Below are positions 1 through 14,807 of a stretch of 64,000 bases of DNA, piece by piece (positions within the stretch are counted from its first letter, which is position 1; each line of letters opens with the position of its first letter). The translations under genes were made by a program, and so were the position numbers. The notes under the pieces are model-generated. The model made no database searches and was not told the origin of the DNA. It saw nothing but the letters and a program-made list of their open reading frames with translations. Source of the DNA: Octopus sinensis (Eukaryota); assembly GCF_006345805.1 (NCBI RefSeq), contig NC_043001.1, positions 96,782,001 through 96,846,000 of the forward strand, written 5' to 3'.

Positions 1-1141
1 TATGTATATATATATATATATATATATATAATATGTATATTGCATATAATACACACACACACACATATATATATATATTACATATATGTATATTGCATGG
101 TTGTTTCATATACATATATGTAACTAAATACATTCATATATATATATATACACACACACATTTATATACATATGTATAATATATATATATATATATATAT
201 ATATTAATGTATTTAGCTATATATCTGTATATCATACAACCATGCAAACATATAAACAAGCACTACAAAGCAAAAAAAAAAAAACAGTCTGGGATATAAA
301 CATCTTTTTACGATTACTGGTATACAATTCTACTATTCCTTTCGAAATTAAAAAAAAAAGGAAACAGAAAAGAATATATAAAACTAAGAGATAAATCAAA
401 TCACTAATATAAATAATGAATAAATAAATAACAACAAATAGGAAAAAAAACTAACTAAAAAGAATAAGATAACATCGAATTTCTCCTCTCTCTCTCTCTC
501 TCTCTCGCTACATATAGGAGTCAAACGTCAAACTGAGGAAGAAAAATAAAGTGACGCAAAACCACAAAAGAAGAGGAAAAGCCGAAAAGAAGAAAAAAAT
601 TTGAAGGAAGTAAAACTACTCTTGTTATCAACGTTAACCATGATAAAGATATTGATGACGTGCATGATAATAATGGCTTCTTATTCTAATTTGGCATAGT
701 ACAATGTCGTATGTGTACATATGTATGCACACACATACACGTACATTTGTATGTTTGTATGCATGTATGTATGTACGTATGTATATATGTATGTATATAT
801 TTATATGTGAGTGCATGCAAACATTTGCAAGTATATTTTACATATATTTTTATACATACATACAAATACGTGTGAATATATATATATATATATATATATA
901 TACACGTATAGATATACATTCTTTTATACGTTTCATCCTAGAGGTTGTGGCCATGCTACAGCTCAACTAGTGTAATCAACATTTCACTGACCATTTTTAT
1001 TGCGATTGGCTTTCGGTGAAGGAAGGAGTTCCACACTGCTTGCCCTCTTTTCAGTTTTTAACCGTGATATATGTACACTCACACGCGATCACGCACGCTC
1101 ACACACTACGCACGCACACACAAATACAAACATATATATAT

Positions 1142-1190
<49 letters not shown>

Positions 1191-1815
1191 CAAATGCATA
1201 TGTATATATGTGTGAATATCTAAAATATATTTCAATAACGAAAAGTGCAGCTGCGTCAGAAACGGGAATCTAAACATATTACTTTTATTTCGCTCACAGC
1301 TAGGGCCTATATTATTACAATGCATTTCTGCCCTTATGATTCCCGGTGTACTGTGCACATGATAAAGATTGGTCAATTAATGATTAGTCGTCAAAATCTC
1401 AAGTATATGAAATTCAGTTATTCCTTGCGATGGTAGTAACACTTGTAACTGCTTCAGATAATGCTTCAATATTCTATGCTATCGGTTTTCGATGGAAAAC
1501 TGTGGAGTGGTCGACAGCCCTTTAAGCAGTTTGTCAGTTTGTAGCGAGACTTTCCCTTTCTTCCATCACAGGTAAACCTTTTATGAATAAATATACAGAT
1601 ATGTCTTTATTAAATGTTGACAGAGTGTCGTATTACTTGTTGTTTCACAGAGGCCAGGAGAACCGCTGTAAATGATTAGATGATTATTTGTGAGCGATAA
1701 AGGCTTTCGTAGCTTCTAGAGGAGGTTTGTTGTTATTGAATTGTAAAGATGTAAATTATGTGATTGGTAGTTGTCTCCTTATACTGTGTGATAGTGAATA
1801 GGGCTTTATACAAGA

Positions 1816-2535
1816 CTAGCAGTATAGCCCGGCATTACCCGGGATTAATTTAGAATTAGTAAGCTATTTCAAAACAAACTTTGAACGAAATCCGTTGAGA
1901 TTGGTAAACTTTTGGCTGAAAATGAGTTGCAGACAATTTTATTGAGAAATATCATAAGGAATCAGTTTATCGATTTTTTCCACTCATCAATTGTTTTTTT
2001 TTTCCTTTTTGGAGAACTTAAAGCATTTGTAGATTTCATGAGTCCTATGTAATGCTGGCATCAAGTTTGAACAAAATACATCAAAATTGGTAAAAGTTAT
2101 GCTTGAAAATGGGGTGCAGCCAATTTTATTAGGAAATCCTATAAGGAATTGGTTTATCGATTTTTAAAATCTTGATTAAATGGAAAACTCCATAAGGAAT
2201 CTGTTTATTGATTTTTCACCCCAAATAGGACTTAACCGAACAAACATTGCTGGTTCAAAAACATCTATATTTATACTTTAAAGTAGGTTTTCACACCCGA
2301 CCCAGTTCTGCAGAACCAGTGTTGCGACGGGAGCTCATGGATTGGGAGTTTGATTGGCAGAGTTTGATCAGATTGTACATACCAGACCTTTTGAAGACAC
2401 CACCTCCATCATCTAACCCCCACCCCTTTTGCCTATGGTTTGGGAACATTTCCAGCAAGGAAAATAGAACGCCCAAAAGGCTCCCAATCCTCCGTGTCAG
2501 AAGCGGTTATGTTCAGATCACAACTAAGTCTTAAG
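1816..2535 (-). mobile_element. Non-autonomous Helitron-like element (3' terminus clear, 5' boundary approximate)
   Basis: On the minus strand a GC hairpin CCCGG-N6-CCGGG (1828-1843) lies just upstream of a terminal CTAG followed by T (1816-1819), the canonical Helitron 3' end. There are three internal diverged repeats of ATAAGGAAT..GTTTATCGATTTTT (about 1953, 2141, 2192). Confidence 0.6.
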
Positions 2536-2601
<66 letters not shown>

Positions 2602-2619
2602 GTGTGTGTGTGTGTGTGT

Positions 2620-2835
2620 TATTATGCTTGGGTGTCTGTGTTTATTCCCGCAACATCGCTTGACAACCGATGCTGGTGTGTTTACATCCCCGTAACTTAG
2701 CGGTTCGGCAAAAGAGACCGATAGAATAAGTACTAGGCCTACAAAAAATAAGTCCTGGTTTCGATTTGCTCGACTAAAGGTGGTTCTCCAGCATGGTCGC
2801 AGTAAAATGACTGAAACAAGTAAACGAGTAAAAAA
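2620..2835 (+). mobile_element. SINE family 1, 3' half (after the internal microsatellite)
   Basis: Reverse-complement match to 60273-60440 (CCGATGCTGGTGTG...CTTAGCGGTTCGGCAAAAGAGACCGATAGAATAAG...TGACTGAAACAAGTAA). Confidence 0.8.
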
Positions 2836-2966
2836 GTAGAAGAGTAATCCTATGCTGGTTAGTTCATAATGGTCTTCTAGTTCTATACGACATTTACCAC
2901 TTTCAATTCTTTCTATATATAAGCTTTCCGTTTTTGTTGTTGTTGCTGTTGTTGTTGTTGTTGTTA

Positions 2967-3036
<70 letters not shown>

Positions 3037-3040
3037 GGTT

Positions 3041-3460
<420 letters not shown>

Positions 3461-3490
3461 GTCGTTATTGTTGTTGCTGAGTTGCATTTG

Positions 3491-3522
<32 letters not shown>

Positions 3523-3977
3523 TTGTATGGCCAATAAGTGGAGGTGTTCTGCGGTTGAGGGAAATTTCAGCCCCAGGCATAAAGCTAAGCTGAAGCAATC
3601 ACCAAAATCTCTACAGCTTAATTTAACATCTCGGGAAAGTTATTGCCTAGATCGATCTGAACGGCATAAAATGTGTCACGATTTTTTGCGAAATTCAATT
3701 TGAGTTGAAGAAACAGAACAATAAAAGAATTATATCTTGCAATCAGCAGGCACATTTGTCTAATAGCAGGCAAAATCAGAATCATCATCATTGTCGTCTT
3801 TGTTGTGTCTTCAGACCAAGATCCATGCCTGGACTGGAATTGCATTCACGCGTCCATCACGAATAAATGCTGCTTCTTGTTTTTCATATTGGTTTCTTTC
3901 CTTTTTAATAATTTCTTTTATATTTTAATCCCTTCGTTCAAATACTCATACTTAGAAATCGACAGGGGTAACCATCC

Positions 3978-4064
3978 CTACCACCACCACCACCACCACC
4001 ACCACCACCACACCACCACCACCACCACCACCACCACCACCACCACCACCACCCACCACCACCA

Positions 4065-4107
<43 letters not shown>

Positions 4108-4141
4108 GTCGTCGTCGTCATCATCATCATTGTTACTAATA

Positions 4142-4189
<48 letters not shown>

Positions 4190-4210
4190 ATAATTATTAT
4201 TATTATTCAG
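3978..4210. repeat. Compound trinucleotide microsatellite (CAC)n-(CAT)n-(CGT)n-(TAT)n
   Basis: Directly visible. Confidence 0.9.
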
Positions 4211-6952
4211 TAGTTTATTTTTATATCGTGCTTTCACTTCACTCACTAAAACAATATCTTATTTGGCTCTCCCATGGTAATGAATACTCTCATCATCATC
4301 GTCATCATCAACATCATCTGAATGTTCTTGTATAGTATTTCCTTGCCAATTACTCAAACTTTGAATAAGAACATAGAAATATGACTAATTTAGGAAAACG
4401 GATCGTCTGTGCCTGCTGGAAAAGCATGGAAAAATTCATCGGACGTTCATCTGTTCTATTGTTATATGCATAACATGTGATTTATTTATCTATTGACAAG
4501 CGAAAATATGTCATTTTTGTTTATCGTTTATCTGTGATAATCACAAGAAAACAAGAAGTCTGGCAATGTTTTTTAAAATTCAGATTTAGATTTCCTCATT
4601 TCTTGTATGTCTTTCCTTCAAAATGTGTCCATATTTACACGGTACAATGTACACTGGAAAGCAAATGAAATATTTCAGTTGCTTTTAGGAGTAGGCTACA
4701 GAGTATAGCAAATCTGTATGTGAGATTTAAATTATTTTAGTTAGCGCTTTAAATTACGTATTTACTAGGAATAGAATTGTATGCAAGAATTTACAAATTA
4801 CGAGCTTTCGTTCGACATACAAAATGCTATAAAAAGATATTATACTTCCCCGACATAAAAATGATTCCGCAGTCTGGGTCGGCAATGTACCAATGGGTTA
4901 TATAACTGTAAAATTTATCACATTTTCGATTATAGAGATACTCGAATAAAATGGTGGTTAATTGAATTTCTCAGTGTCTGAATGCATATATATGTTGATA
5001 GAAACCTATATTAAAAGAATTTTCAGTTAGTCCTATAAAGATTATTGATTCAATCTATTTCAACGGAAATAACTTTGCGAGTTAAACTGATACAGCACAA
5101 AGATATATCGTTGAAACAGCAGATAATGAAGTTGTTGCAAGAGAGCTTTGATTGTTTATGCGGAGTGTTGGTTTTCTCTTCTATGTTACAGCAATAAAAC
5201 TAATCTCTAACTTTTGAGAGAGAGAGAGAATTTTAAACAATTCAATAATTGATTGTTGTAATTGTCAACTTTGTCTCGATAAACGTTCATGGAGTGATCA
5301 TTGCTAAAGTATCTCGGGTAAAATATATTAATTTGTAACATAATTTGCTTCACTAGTAATTAGATAAATTGAGAAAAGTAAATCAGAGCGGGAAAGGTAT
5401 AAATTTCATTAAAAGTCTTGTTCTTTTAGCTTCTATTTTTTTTAAAAAAAACGTCTCATTTCTTTGAAGACTTGTTGAAAAAACCTGCGTAGCACCGTGC
5501 TTCTTTGCATCAGTGTATTACACATTGCTATCTTTGATTATTGGCTTTTAATAACTACCACACAGAGCAGACACGAAGAATGATATTCTGAAAACCAGAT
5601 ATAGGATGATACACAGGCACGCACATACATACACACATACACACATACATACATACATACATACATACATACATACATACATACATACATACATACATAC
5701 ATGCAAATATACATACTATCTCTATCCCTCTCTGTCTGTGTTTATATCTATCTATCAATATATCTATCGATCTATATATCTATATAAAGTTGAATATATG
5801 TATATTTACTAATTGCTTTGCAAATGGCAAGCTTTCAGGTTATTACTGAAATTGTTCTTCTAAAAAGCAAGGAAGAGTTATCTTTGACGTCACGCAATAT
5901 TTTAGGATTTCAGAAGTGGGAAGTTCGTTGGTTCAGAATTTTTCCACTTATCCCACAGAGCTCAGAATAATCATTGAAGAAACTAATAATATTTACAAAA
6001 ACAAAGGAAAAAAACACATCAGATACAACCAAAAACTATATAAAACACTTAAGGTTCACCTATAACTATAATTCTATGGAATCAAAGTAATTTTATGTCA
6101 CATCTTTGAAGCAAAAAGAAATAATAAAAAGCTTGGAATCGTGTGGCATATTTGTGTATGTACATTGTCTTTTTACCTAGCTAATTTTCTTCTCATTATC
6201 ATTCATATTTTTATTTTTGTTACTTTATATAATTATATTCTCTGTTTTGCTTTCTTCCTCAACGAGTCCTTTACTCACCTGACATTTCCCTCCCCGTCCG
6301 ACATATTGAAAGTTGTATGCACACAAATGTTTTTAACAAGCCAAGGGAATAGAGTTTTGCATAGAAATGAAATTTCATTTAAAACCTCTTCTAAAAGCAC
6401 TTCCATTAACGTGTTTTAAAAGTCTTTTAATCAATGATTTTTTCCTTTAGATTTTAACCACAATTCACAAATAAAAACACCCTCATACACAGCGAAATTG
6501 ATTTGAATACTTATGTGGACACATATATATTTATATACATCTTACACACACCACACGCAGACACACACGCAAACATAAACACAGAAAAACACACACATAC
6601 AACGTATATATTCTCATCTCATACATATGTATGTCCACGAAGAGACACACAGCGATACATGTATCTGGAAATACTTGAATACTAACATAAAATTACAGAC
6701 ACAAAAATGCATATACATAAATGTGTGTGTGTGTGTGCATATTTCAGTATACATGTATGTGTATATAAATCTATGCAAACATGCACACACACGCACTCAC
6801 ATACACACATACACACAGACATTTATATACACACACACTTACACACGTATGTGTATGTATAAAATATTTTGGCATATATATATTTATGTATGCATGTGTG
6901 TATTTGCATGCCTATGTAAATATATACAGAAATAGATATATATACATGTATA

Positions 6953-7010
<58 letters not shown>

Positions 7011-7069
7011 CATGTGCGTGTGTGTATGTCTATAAATGTATATATATGTTGTATATAAATATAAATATA

Positions 7070-7133
7070 TAAATATAAATAAATATGTATAAATATATAT
7101 ATATATACATATATATACATATACATATATACT

Positions 7134-7189
<56 letters not shown>

Positions 7190-7528
7190 TATAATACATA
7201 TATATTTACATGTATATATATCGTATACACATAGTTACCTCATCTGAGTATGTGCATATATAAATAAATATGTATAAATATATATATATATACATACATA
7301 TATATACATATACATATATACATACACCCACATATATAATATTATATATACCTATATATATATATATAATATATATATTATATATATAATATATTATACA
7401 TATATATACATTATATTTACATGTATATATCGTATACACATAGTTACCTCATCTGAGTATGTGCATTATAAATAAAATGTATAAATATATATATATACAT
7501 ACATATATATACATATACATATATACAT

Positions 7529-7562
<34 letters not shown>

Positions 7563-7563
7563 C

Positions 7564-7600
<37 letters not shown>

Positions 7601-7680
7601 ATATATACATATATATATATACATATATATTTACATGTATATATCGTATACACATAGTTACCTCATCTGAGTATGTGCAC
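7070..7680. repeat. Tandem repeat of ~210-bp unit (3 copies) built from microsatellites around a unique core
   Basis: The core GTTACCTCATCTGAGTATGTGCA starts at 7234, 7443 and 7657 (periods 209 and 214). Confidence 0.85.
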
Positions 7681-8084
7681 ACAAACACTTGTATATATTA
7701 GAAAAAACAAGCAAAGTATAAACATAAGACATATCAGACACGAAAAGAGAAAAAAAGAAAACTAACATATATGTTTATGAAATATTCAGCCGCACGAATC
7801 GCCGCTCTGATGCTCAAACATGTTGGTACATACGCAAAATATGCACAATCTCGTCAACATTAACATAACATTTTCATCTGCACATGAAATATTTACATTA
7901 ATATCGGCATAATATTTAGCTGAACCATTACTGCACACGTACATACATAGATACATACATACATGCACACACACACACGTTTCTTTCTATGTACATATAT
8001 ACATATTTATATATATATATATATGTATGTATGTATGTATGTGTATGTATGTATGTATGTATGTATGTATGTATGTATGTATGT

Positions 8085-8153
<69 letters not shown>

Positions 8154-8423
8154 TGTTCGTACATGGAGACATTCACACTTGTAGATATTTACAGACACAT
8201 ATATGTGTATATGTATACATATATATACATACACACAGACACATACATATATGTATGTATATTTGTTACTTGTTTCAGCCGTGAGGGTGTGACCATGCTA
8301 GGACAGAAACAAAAATATGAAATACCTTTCACTAATTCGCTCCTAAGCATCTCCAGGCGTTTGTTTCATATTCTCTTAACTAACGCTCAGTTCAAACACA
8401 CACACACACACACACACACAACA

Positions 8424-8474
<51 letters not shown>

Positions 8475-9676
8475 GATATACATTTATTCTTCTCAATTAT
8501 TAGAGTTCTATAGAAATACGCTACTGAGATATAACGTTGGTAAGAATTTAATTCATATCCGAACTCATTTAACAACAAAGGTTACAGAAAGAGTACACTA
8601 AGAGTGCACTACTTTCAGAGATAAATCTTTACTCAAATCATATCCATATGATGAATGGAATAGTTGTGCTATTCTATTCTATTATTTCTACTCAACATTT
8701 TGAAAACTCTCATTTGCTTTCATGAAACCAGTTACAGCTTAGAATATTGTTTCTAGTTCTAGCTCTAGGCTTTACATTTTTAAAGCGAGAAGAGTAGTCA
8801 ATTACGCTTAGCTAGGACGTATTTCATCGAGCCAGAAAATGAAAGGCAATGTCCACCTCGATGGAATCTGGAATTATCTATAAATACACTCATACACACA
8901 CGTCTATGCTATCGTACTCATATATGGTGGTTTAAGATTCACCGAGATTCACCTCTGTGTATATCTAGCGAGTTCGGGATAAAGTTCATGATATATATAT
9001 GTCTCATTATTTTCTGAAACAGTTTGATATATTGGTGAGCAGTCAATGGTGCTGGGAAGTACGAAGATTAAAGTTGTATTTGAGAAAGAATTAGCTGATA
9101 TGGTTCATTGGAAGCCATCTGCATATTGGGGAAAGTGTGAGCGGTGTCAATTTGATCCGTGTGGGGTATAAAAATGCCGATGTCATGACTGCTCCTCAAT
9201 GTTCTGTGAATACTGTTGACGCTGTAAGACGTGACAGGGCCATCATGAAAACAAGTCCCCCCAAACTCTGATGGCCTTTGGATAAGTCTCCAATTCGGCT
9301 GACGTCATGCAGCGCAAATCTTTGAACAAGGCCTTATGTTCAATCCAGACAGTAATGTAAAGCTGCTGGAGACTGGACTGTTCAAACTCTAACGCTTGAC
9401 TGAAGCTGCTGATTGAAGCCCATATCAGCATTTTTTGTATGTATGTATGTATGTATGTATGTATGTATGTATGTATGTATGTATGTATGTATGTATGTAT
9501 GTATAAATACGTGTAGATTTGTATGTATTGCCTTATGTATGTATTCTCACGCATAGAGTTACATATCTAGACAAGCTCATATATAGTTCTATATTTAAGC
9601 GATGAGGTATTACGTACATTATTTACATTTGACGGATATTTGTCCCCATCTTGTTTGTTGTTAACACGAAGTTTTT

Positions 9677-9710
<34 letters not shown>

Positions 9711-9749
9711 ATATTATTATTATTAATTATTATTGTTATCATCATCCAT

Positions 9750-9803
9750 ATCGCTGCCTGGAATCGAACTCGGAATCTTGGGGTATTAGCCCGTTCTGTT
9801 AAC
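9750..9803 (-). mobile_element. tRNA-like SINE head, family 3
   Basis: Minus strand TGGTTAA... (A-box-like) and GAGTTCGATTCC (B box). Matches heads at 24340-24408 and 24427-24505. Confidence 0.6.
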
Positions 9804-9992
9804 CAAGATGGCTATTTAGGCAGTGTATTACGTATTCCAGGGACTCAATAATTCCAGGTATAAACCAGGACTTGTAATCTGGATAGAGTAACTGCAGATT
9901 TGTCAATACTTCAGCGTAGGTGTTCTCCTTTTCACTGATCTTCAGCTTTATGTTAACATCCACTGCGCAGCAAATTTCCACAACTGTACACA
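9803..9992 (-). pseudogene. Non-LTR retrotransposon fragment, restriction-like endonuclease (RLE) C-terminus, R4/Dong-like
   Basis: Translation VVEICCAVDVNIKLKISEKENTYAEVLTNLQLLYPDYK..FIPGII resembles the RLE E..K..KY region and the homologous region at 16400-16560. Confidence 0.65.
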
Positions 9993-10265
9993 GGATGTCT
10001 CGTCCTGGTTTGTCTCTGGGTCATGTCACTAAGGTGACGAGGGTCAGCGAGGTGTTGTGTAAGCCGTATTAAGTCTAAAGTTTTCGGTTGAGCAATCGCC
10101 GACACGGCAACTATCCGATGTCCAGCTGAATAGGATGAAGACCGCGGGCGCGAATCCGGGTAAAGTTGACTGCTTGTACAATAACGTCATTCACGGGCAT
10201 TAGTGGAATTTTTGTATGGCCAGTGATGATCTTCCGCCTCACGAGTGGACAACTATCATCATGAA

Positions 10266-10296
<31 letters not shown>

Positions 10297-10427
10297 ATGT
10301 ATGTATGTATGTATGTATGTGTGTATGTGTGTATGTGTGCGTGTATGCATGTATGTGTGTGTTTGTATGTGATCGATTGATTTACCAGTTCCTAGTTTTG
10401 GTTGATTATTCCATAGACACGTATACC

Positions 10428-10550
10428 TACACCCAAATGATGAAAGGCAAAGTTGATCTCGGCGGAATTTGAACTCAGAACGTAGCGCCACACGAAATAT
10501 CGCTAAGCATTCTGTCCTGTGTGCTAACGATTCTGCCAGCTTGCCGCCCT
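10428..10550 (-). mobile_element. SINE family 2, 3'-truncated copy with 15-bp TSD
   Basis: Head GGCGGCAAGCTGGCAGAATCGTTAGCAC and B-box-like GAGTTCAAATTCC on the minus strand. ATAGACACGTATACC is duplicated at 10413-10427 and 10551-10565. Confidence 0.8.
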
Positions 10551-10715
10551 ATAGACACGTATACCCTTAGCACAGTTCTTAACCAGGATCAACACGGCAT
10601 TATGAATTACGGGGAAAAATGTTCCGAGTAGGATTTATAATTCAATTTCTATCTATTCAATTCCGCTCACGACGTGCGTTAACGCTTGGTCACAAATAAT
10701 TTGCTCAAGAAGGAA

Positions 10716-11079
10716 GGCGACGAGCTGGCAGTAACGTCAGCACGCCGGGCGAAATGCTAATCGGTATTTCGTCTGCTGCTACGTTCTGAGTTCAAATTCC
10801 GCCGAGGTCGACTTTGTCTTTCATCCTTTCGGGGTCGATTAAATAAGTACCAGTTACGCACTGAGGTCGATATAATCGACTTAATCCCTTTGTCTGTCCT
10901 TGTTTGTCCTCTCTGTGTTTTTCGTCTGTCTTTACATTCTGAGTTCAAATTCCGCCGAAGTCGAATTTGCCTTTCATCCTTTCGGCGTCATAAATTAAGT
11001 ACCAGTTGCGCACTGGGGTCGACCTTATCGACTGACCCCTATCCCCAAAATTTCAGGCATTGTGTCTAGAGTAGATAAG
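10716..11079 (+). mobile_element. SINE family 2, dimeric/chimeric copy with 21-bp TSD
   Basis: One head is followed by two bodies (TTCTGAGTTCAAATTCCGCCGA at about 10783 and 10938). AATAATTTGCTCAAGAAGGAA is duplicated at 10695-10715 and 11080-11100. Confidence 0.85.
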
Positions 11080-11155
11080 AATAATTTGCTCAAGAAGGAA
11101 TGAAGTGGGATCGAACGTGAGACACAACCATTTGCCTACACACACACACGCACAA

Positions 11156-11190
<35 letters not shown>

Positions 11191-11699
11191 ATCTTCAACG
11201 TAAACATATATCGTTGTATTAGAATGAATTTCATTAGCAAAACTGATTAAATACGAACCGAGTGTTTTAAACGTTTATTTCAATTAACAACATCTGCTCT
11301 GCTTTACTGAAGTCCATAAACTCGATTTTCTTTTAAAATAAGAAACAAAGGTGAGTGTGCTGAAAAGTTAAAACGATTTTACATAAAGCTGTCTGCAGCT
11401 TTAAGTTTATTGCAAGAAACGGAAAACAAAAATATTACAACGTTATTATGAAAAATAAAATGCTAGCCTTTACCTTTTGAAGGGAAGGAAATAATATCAA
11501 ATGTATCTATCACTAAACTGCTATGCTATATTCTGGCGGCTTGCTTCATTCCAAGAACTACAGCCATACTGGAGCACTGCATTGAAATGTTCAGTGGCAC
11601 AAGTTGGCCCGAACTTTTTTTACCGAACTAGATTAGATAATAAGGATGTAAACAAAGAGACATCGGTTATCATGTGGTGGGTGGACAAACACATACATA

Positions 11700-12258
11700 T
11701 GTCGAATTTTTTCGGTTCCCGGGCGCGGTTTCGGTGTTCACCGCGGTGTTCTCGTACATTAACGGTCACCGAAAAACTGGCACTCAACCTAACATTTTAG
11801 GTTGAATAAGGCATGCACAGCTCCTCACAGTTCCTCTCCCTCTAGGAACGTGATCCGGAAACAAGTTAGAGTAAGCTATCAACTGCTAATAATGGTCGCT
11901 GACCCAGGAATGTGGGGCCTCAAGGGGGAGCAAACAATTTGCAAATGGTTCAATACCATTCCCTTCATATCTGGTTTTGTATCAAATTGGCATTTGCAAG
12001 AGACATGCTCTAACAAAAGCTAAGGGATGCCTCACTCACAATGGTTTTCCTGCATGCCAGACAAGAATCCGGATTTTCAAACGGTACGTGCAATACTATA
12101 TATCGTTGAATCTACATTAGGTTTACCCACCATTTTAACAGGCCTTGTCATTAGTCCTGGTGGCTTTCTGGCAACCCTGCTCACCAGACAAGCTTAGAGG
12201 CAGTCATAGTTTAGTCACCGATGACCCGACCATGCGACAAGACTCTAGTGGCCTGACA
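11700..12258. mobile_element. Probable solo LTR inserted into a TA-rich microsatellite
   Basis: A 559-bp GC-richer unique block bounded by TGTC...GACA, with TA on both sides. It follows a decayed SINE family 1 tail (11530-11690). No clean 4-5-bp TSD. Confidence 0.45.
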
Positions 12259-13452
12259 TATTATATATATATATCCACAAATACATGTACAACAATATAT
12301 GTACATATGTACACAGTGCGCCATAATTAATGTAAGCGATTTTGTCCTTGGTTTTACGGGATACTTAATGAAATAGCTCTAAAAGGTAGCCATTTCAGAG
12401 TCTTTCAAGCAGAAAGAACTAAAATCCATATATCATCCACTCCAAACACCAATGTCTTAAAACCTCTAAATATGGCTACACACTTTTGCTCCAGAAAATA
12501 AGATATAATACACTATAGCCAAGATAGAATCCCACTTGCCGTTCTGGTAGCTGGGGGTAGTTTAAGTGCCTGTATTTTTCAATACCTATTGCCTAAATTA
12601 AAACAGATGCTCCTTGGTAAATTAGCTATATGTACAGGCTTGTACAGGGCAAATAAATCTCACACATATTTGAACTGAGATGTTTGTTTATTAGGAACAT
12701 ACATTAAAAAATTGTTGCCAAGAAACGCTATTTGTATGAATCTCGTAAATGGTATTTCTAGGTGGTATATTTGTGATAATAGGGCAAATGTATGATTTTT
12801 CAGTAAATGTGCATATACTGTTAGGATTAATGTTGAAAACAAATTAGTGCTGTTGTATGTAGCTTAGAAATATCAATAATAGAATACATCATTAGAAGAA
12901 AATTTTACAGCATAAAGAATAGGGAAAGCCTTTTTTATGTGTGGCTTTGTTCTCACTCGCTCTTTTTCTCGCAGTATCTTTCTATTTCTTTCTTTCTCTC
13001 TTTCCCCTGTCTCTCTCTCGTCCTCTCTCTATTTGTCTGCCTGTCTGTGTATCTATGTATGTATGTTTATACAGCACCAGGAGAGAAGACAAAGAGACAA
13101 AATTGCTAGTTTATTTTGTCTCCTTGTCTTCTCTTCTGGTGCTGTATGAACATTTAATGTGGTTTTACAGTCATGTTTTGGCTACTATTTCTAGCATGGT
13201 CGTATATCTTAGATACCCTTAATTATAATTGCCGCTTTCTCGGTCACTCTTTACAACACCTCTCTGTGTTCGGATTGTCCTTGCACAGTGGCCATCCGGA
13301 CTCCCGTCTTCGCCATTTTGTATTCATGTTGTATGTGTCTTTATTTGCGCATGCGTATATCTCATGTATGTCTATATGTACTTAATTAAAAAGCAGCCAA
13401 ATATATACCTCTGGTATAATTATATATATTATATACCTCTGGTATATATATG

Positions 13453-13500
<48 letters not shown>

Positions 13501-14034
13501 TATACAACCATATTACAAAAATACTTTGTAAATTGCCTTTGTAAAATTATGTAAAATTATATCGCAATAAGATTTTTCCTCTAAAAAAAGGAATCGAATT
13601 TTAATTGTGAAGTGTTTTCGTATACAACAGAGCAATTATCAAAAGGATTTTATGAAGTCATTACGATTAAATTTGCTCTGGATAACTATTTAATTGAGCT
13701 TTGATTTAATTTCTACTGTATTGTTGTTATGATATTATATGTAGAAAAATTTTTTCTTATTTAAACTATATAATTTTTAATTATTAATATTTAATAATTC
13801 GTAATGATTATTATAAATAATTAATGTAATCTACTTTATATTATTACTTACTATTTGTCTTGAGATGATATAATATTTTAAATATATTATTTTGTTACTT
13901 ACCAAACAGATAAATTACGTAGTGTTATTATAAAAACATGTATTTTCATATGAAAGAATGAAAGAGACATTTCTAGTTTTTGAATAGTTTAAAAAACACA
14001 AAATTGTTCCTAGTATATAAATGCTAATACGCTA

Positions 14035-14067
<33 letters not shown>

Positions 14068-14112
14068 TTAGAATAGCATACAAATATATTTTAAGGCCGA
14101 TCTATTGGTTTA

Positions 14113-14485
14113 TTTTTACCACCGCCTTAGCGAAGGCAGAAGTAGTTTTCAGTCGTGTTTGTTTGTTTGTCCGTGGACAAGATATCTCCTGAACCACTGG
14201 ATGGATCCGAATTAAACTTTCAGTAATGTTTGGCCTCGTAACTGACTGGCACGAATTGATTAGATTTTGGGATCGATCCGGTGCGGGACAAGAATTTGGA
14301 TTATATATATATATATTTTTTACTTAAATTTTAAAAGCGGCCGAGTTCAGTTTTAGTATTCTCGTTTGTGAGAGCAGTCGAATATATTTTAGCTATTCCC
14401 ATTTTAAAAATTATCTCCTACTAATCGTTGAGAGGACATTGGTGTTGCCTTGGCGGAGGTTTGCGCTCTCTCAATAGTCTTGTTT
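14113..14485 (+). mobile_element. Helentron-associated (DINE-1/HINE-like) non-autonomous element
   Basis: 5' TTTTACCACCGCC and 3' subterminal inverted copy GGCGGAGGT (14452-14460), followed by a decayed hairpin and T-rich end. A (GTTT)n microsatellite lies near the 5' end. Confidence 0.7.
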
Positions 14486-14734
14486 ATTTCTATCGTTGTT
14501 TTCGTTTTTTATTTAATAATTCTCAGGTTTGTAAACAGATAGATTTAAAATCAATCTTATTGGATATGTGAATCCAAATATACATAAGAAATTATAATGA
14601 GCAGATTCTTGACCAAAAAACAATTAATTTTCATAATTTTATTATGGCCAAGTATTGCAGCATTTGTATCTGATATATATATATATATACTACATACATA
14701 TACATACATATATATATATATCTATATATATATA

Positions 14735-14773
<39 letters not shown>

Positions 14774-14807
14774 GTATATATGTATAATTTATTACTTATT
14801 AATTGCA

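Noticed and set aside
7201-7680. Regularly spaced identical cores resembling a CRISPR array
   Set aside because: The spacers are homologous microsatellites, the context is eukaryotic and there are no cas genes.
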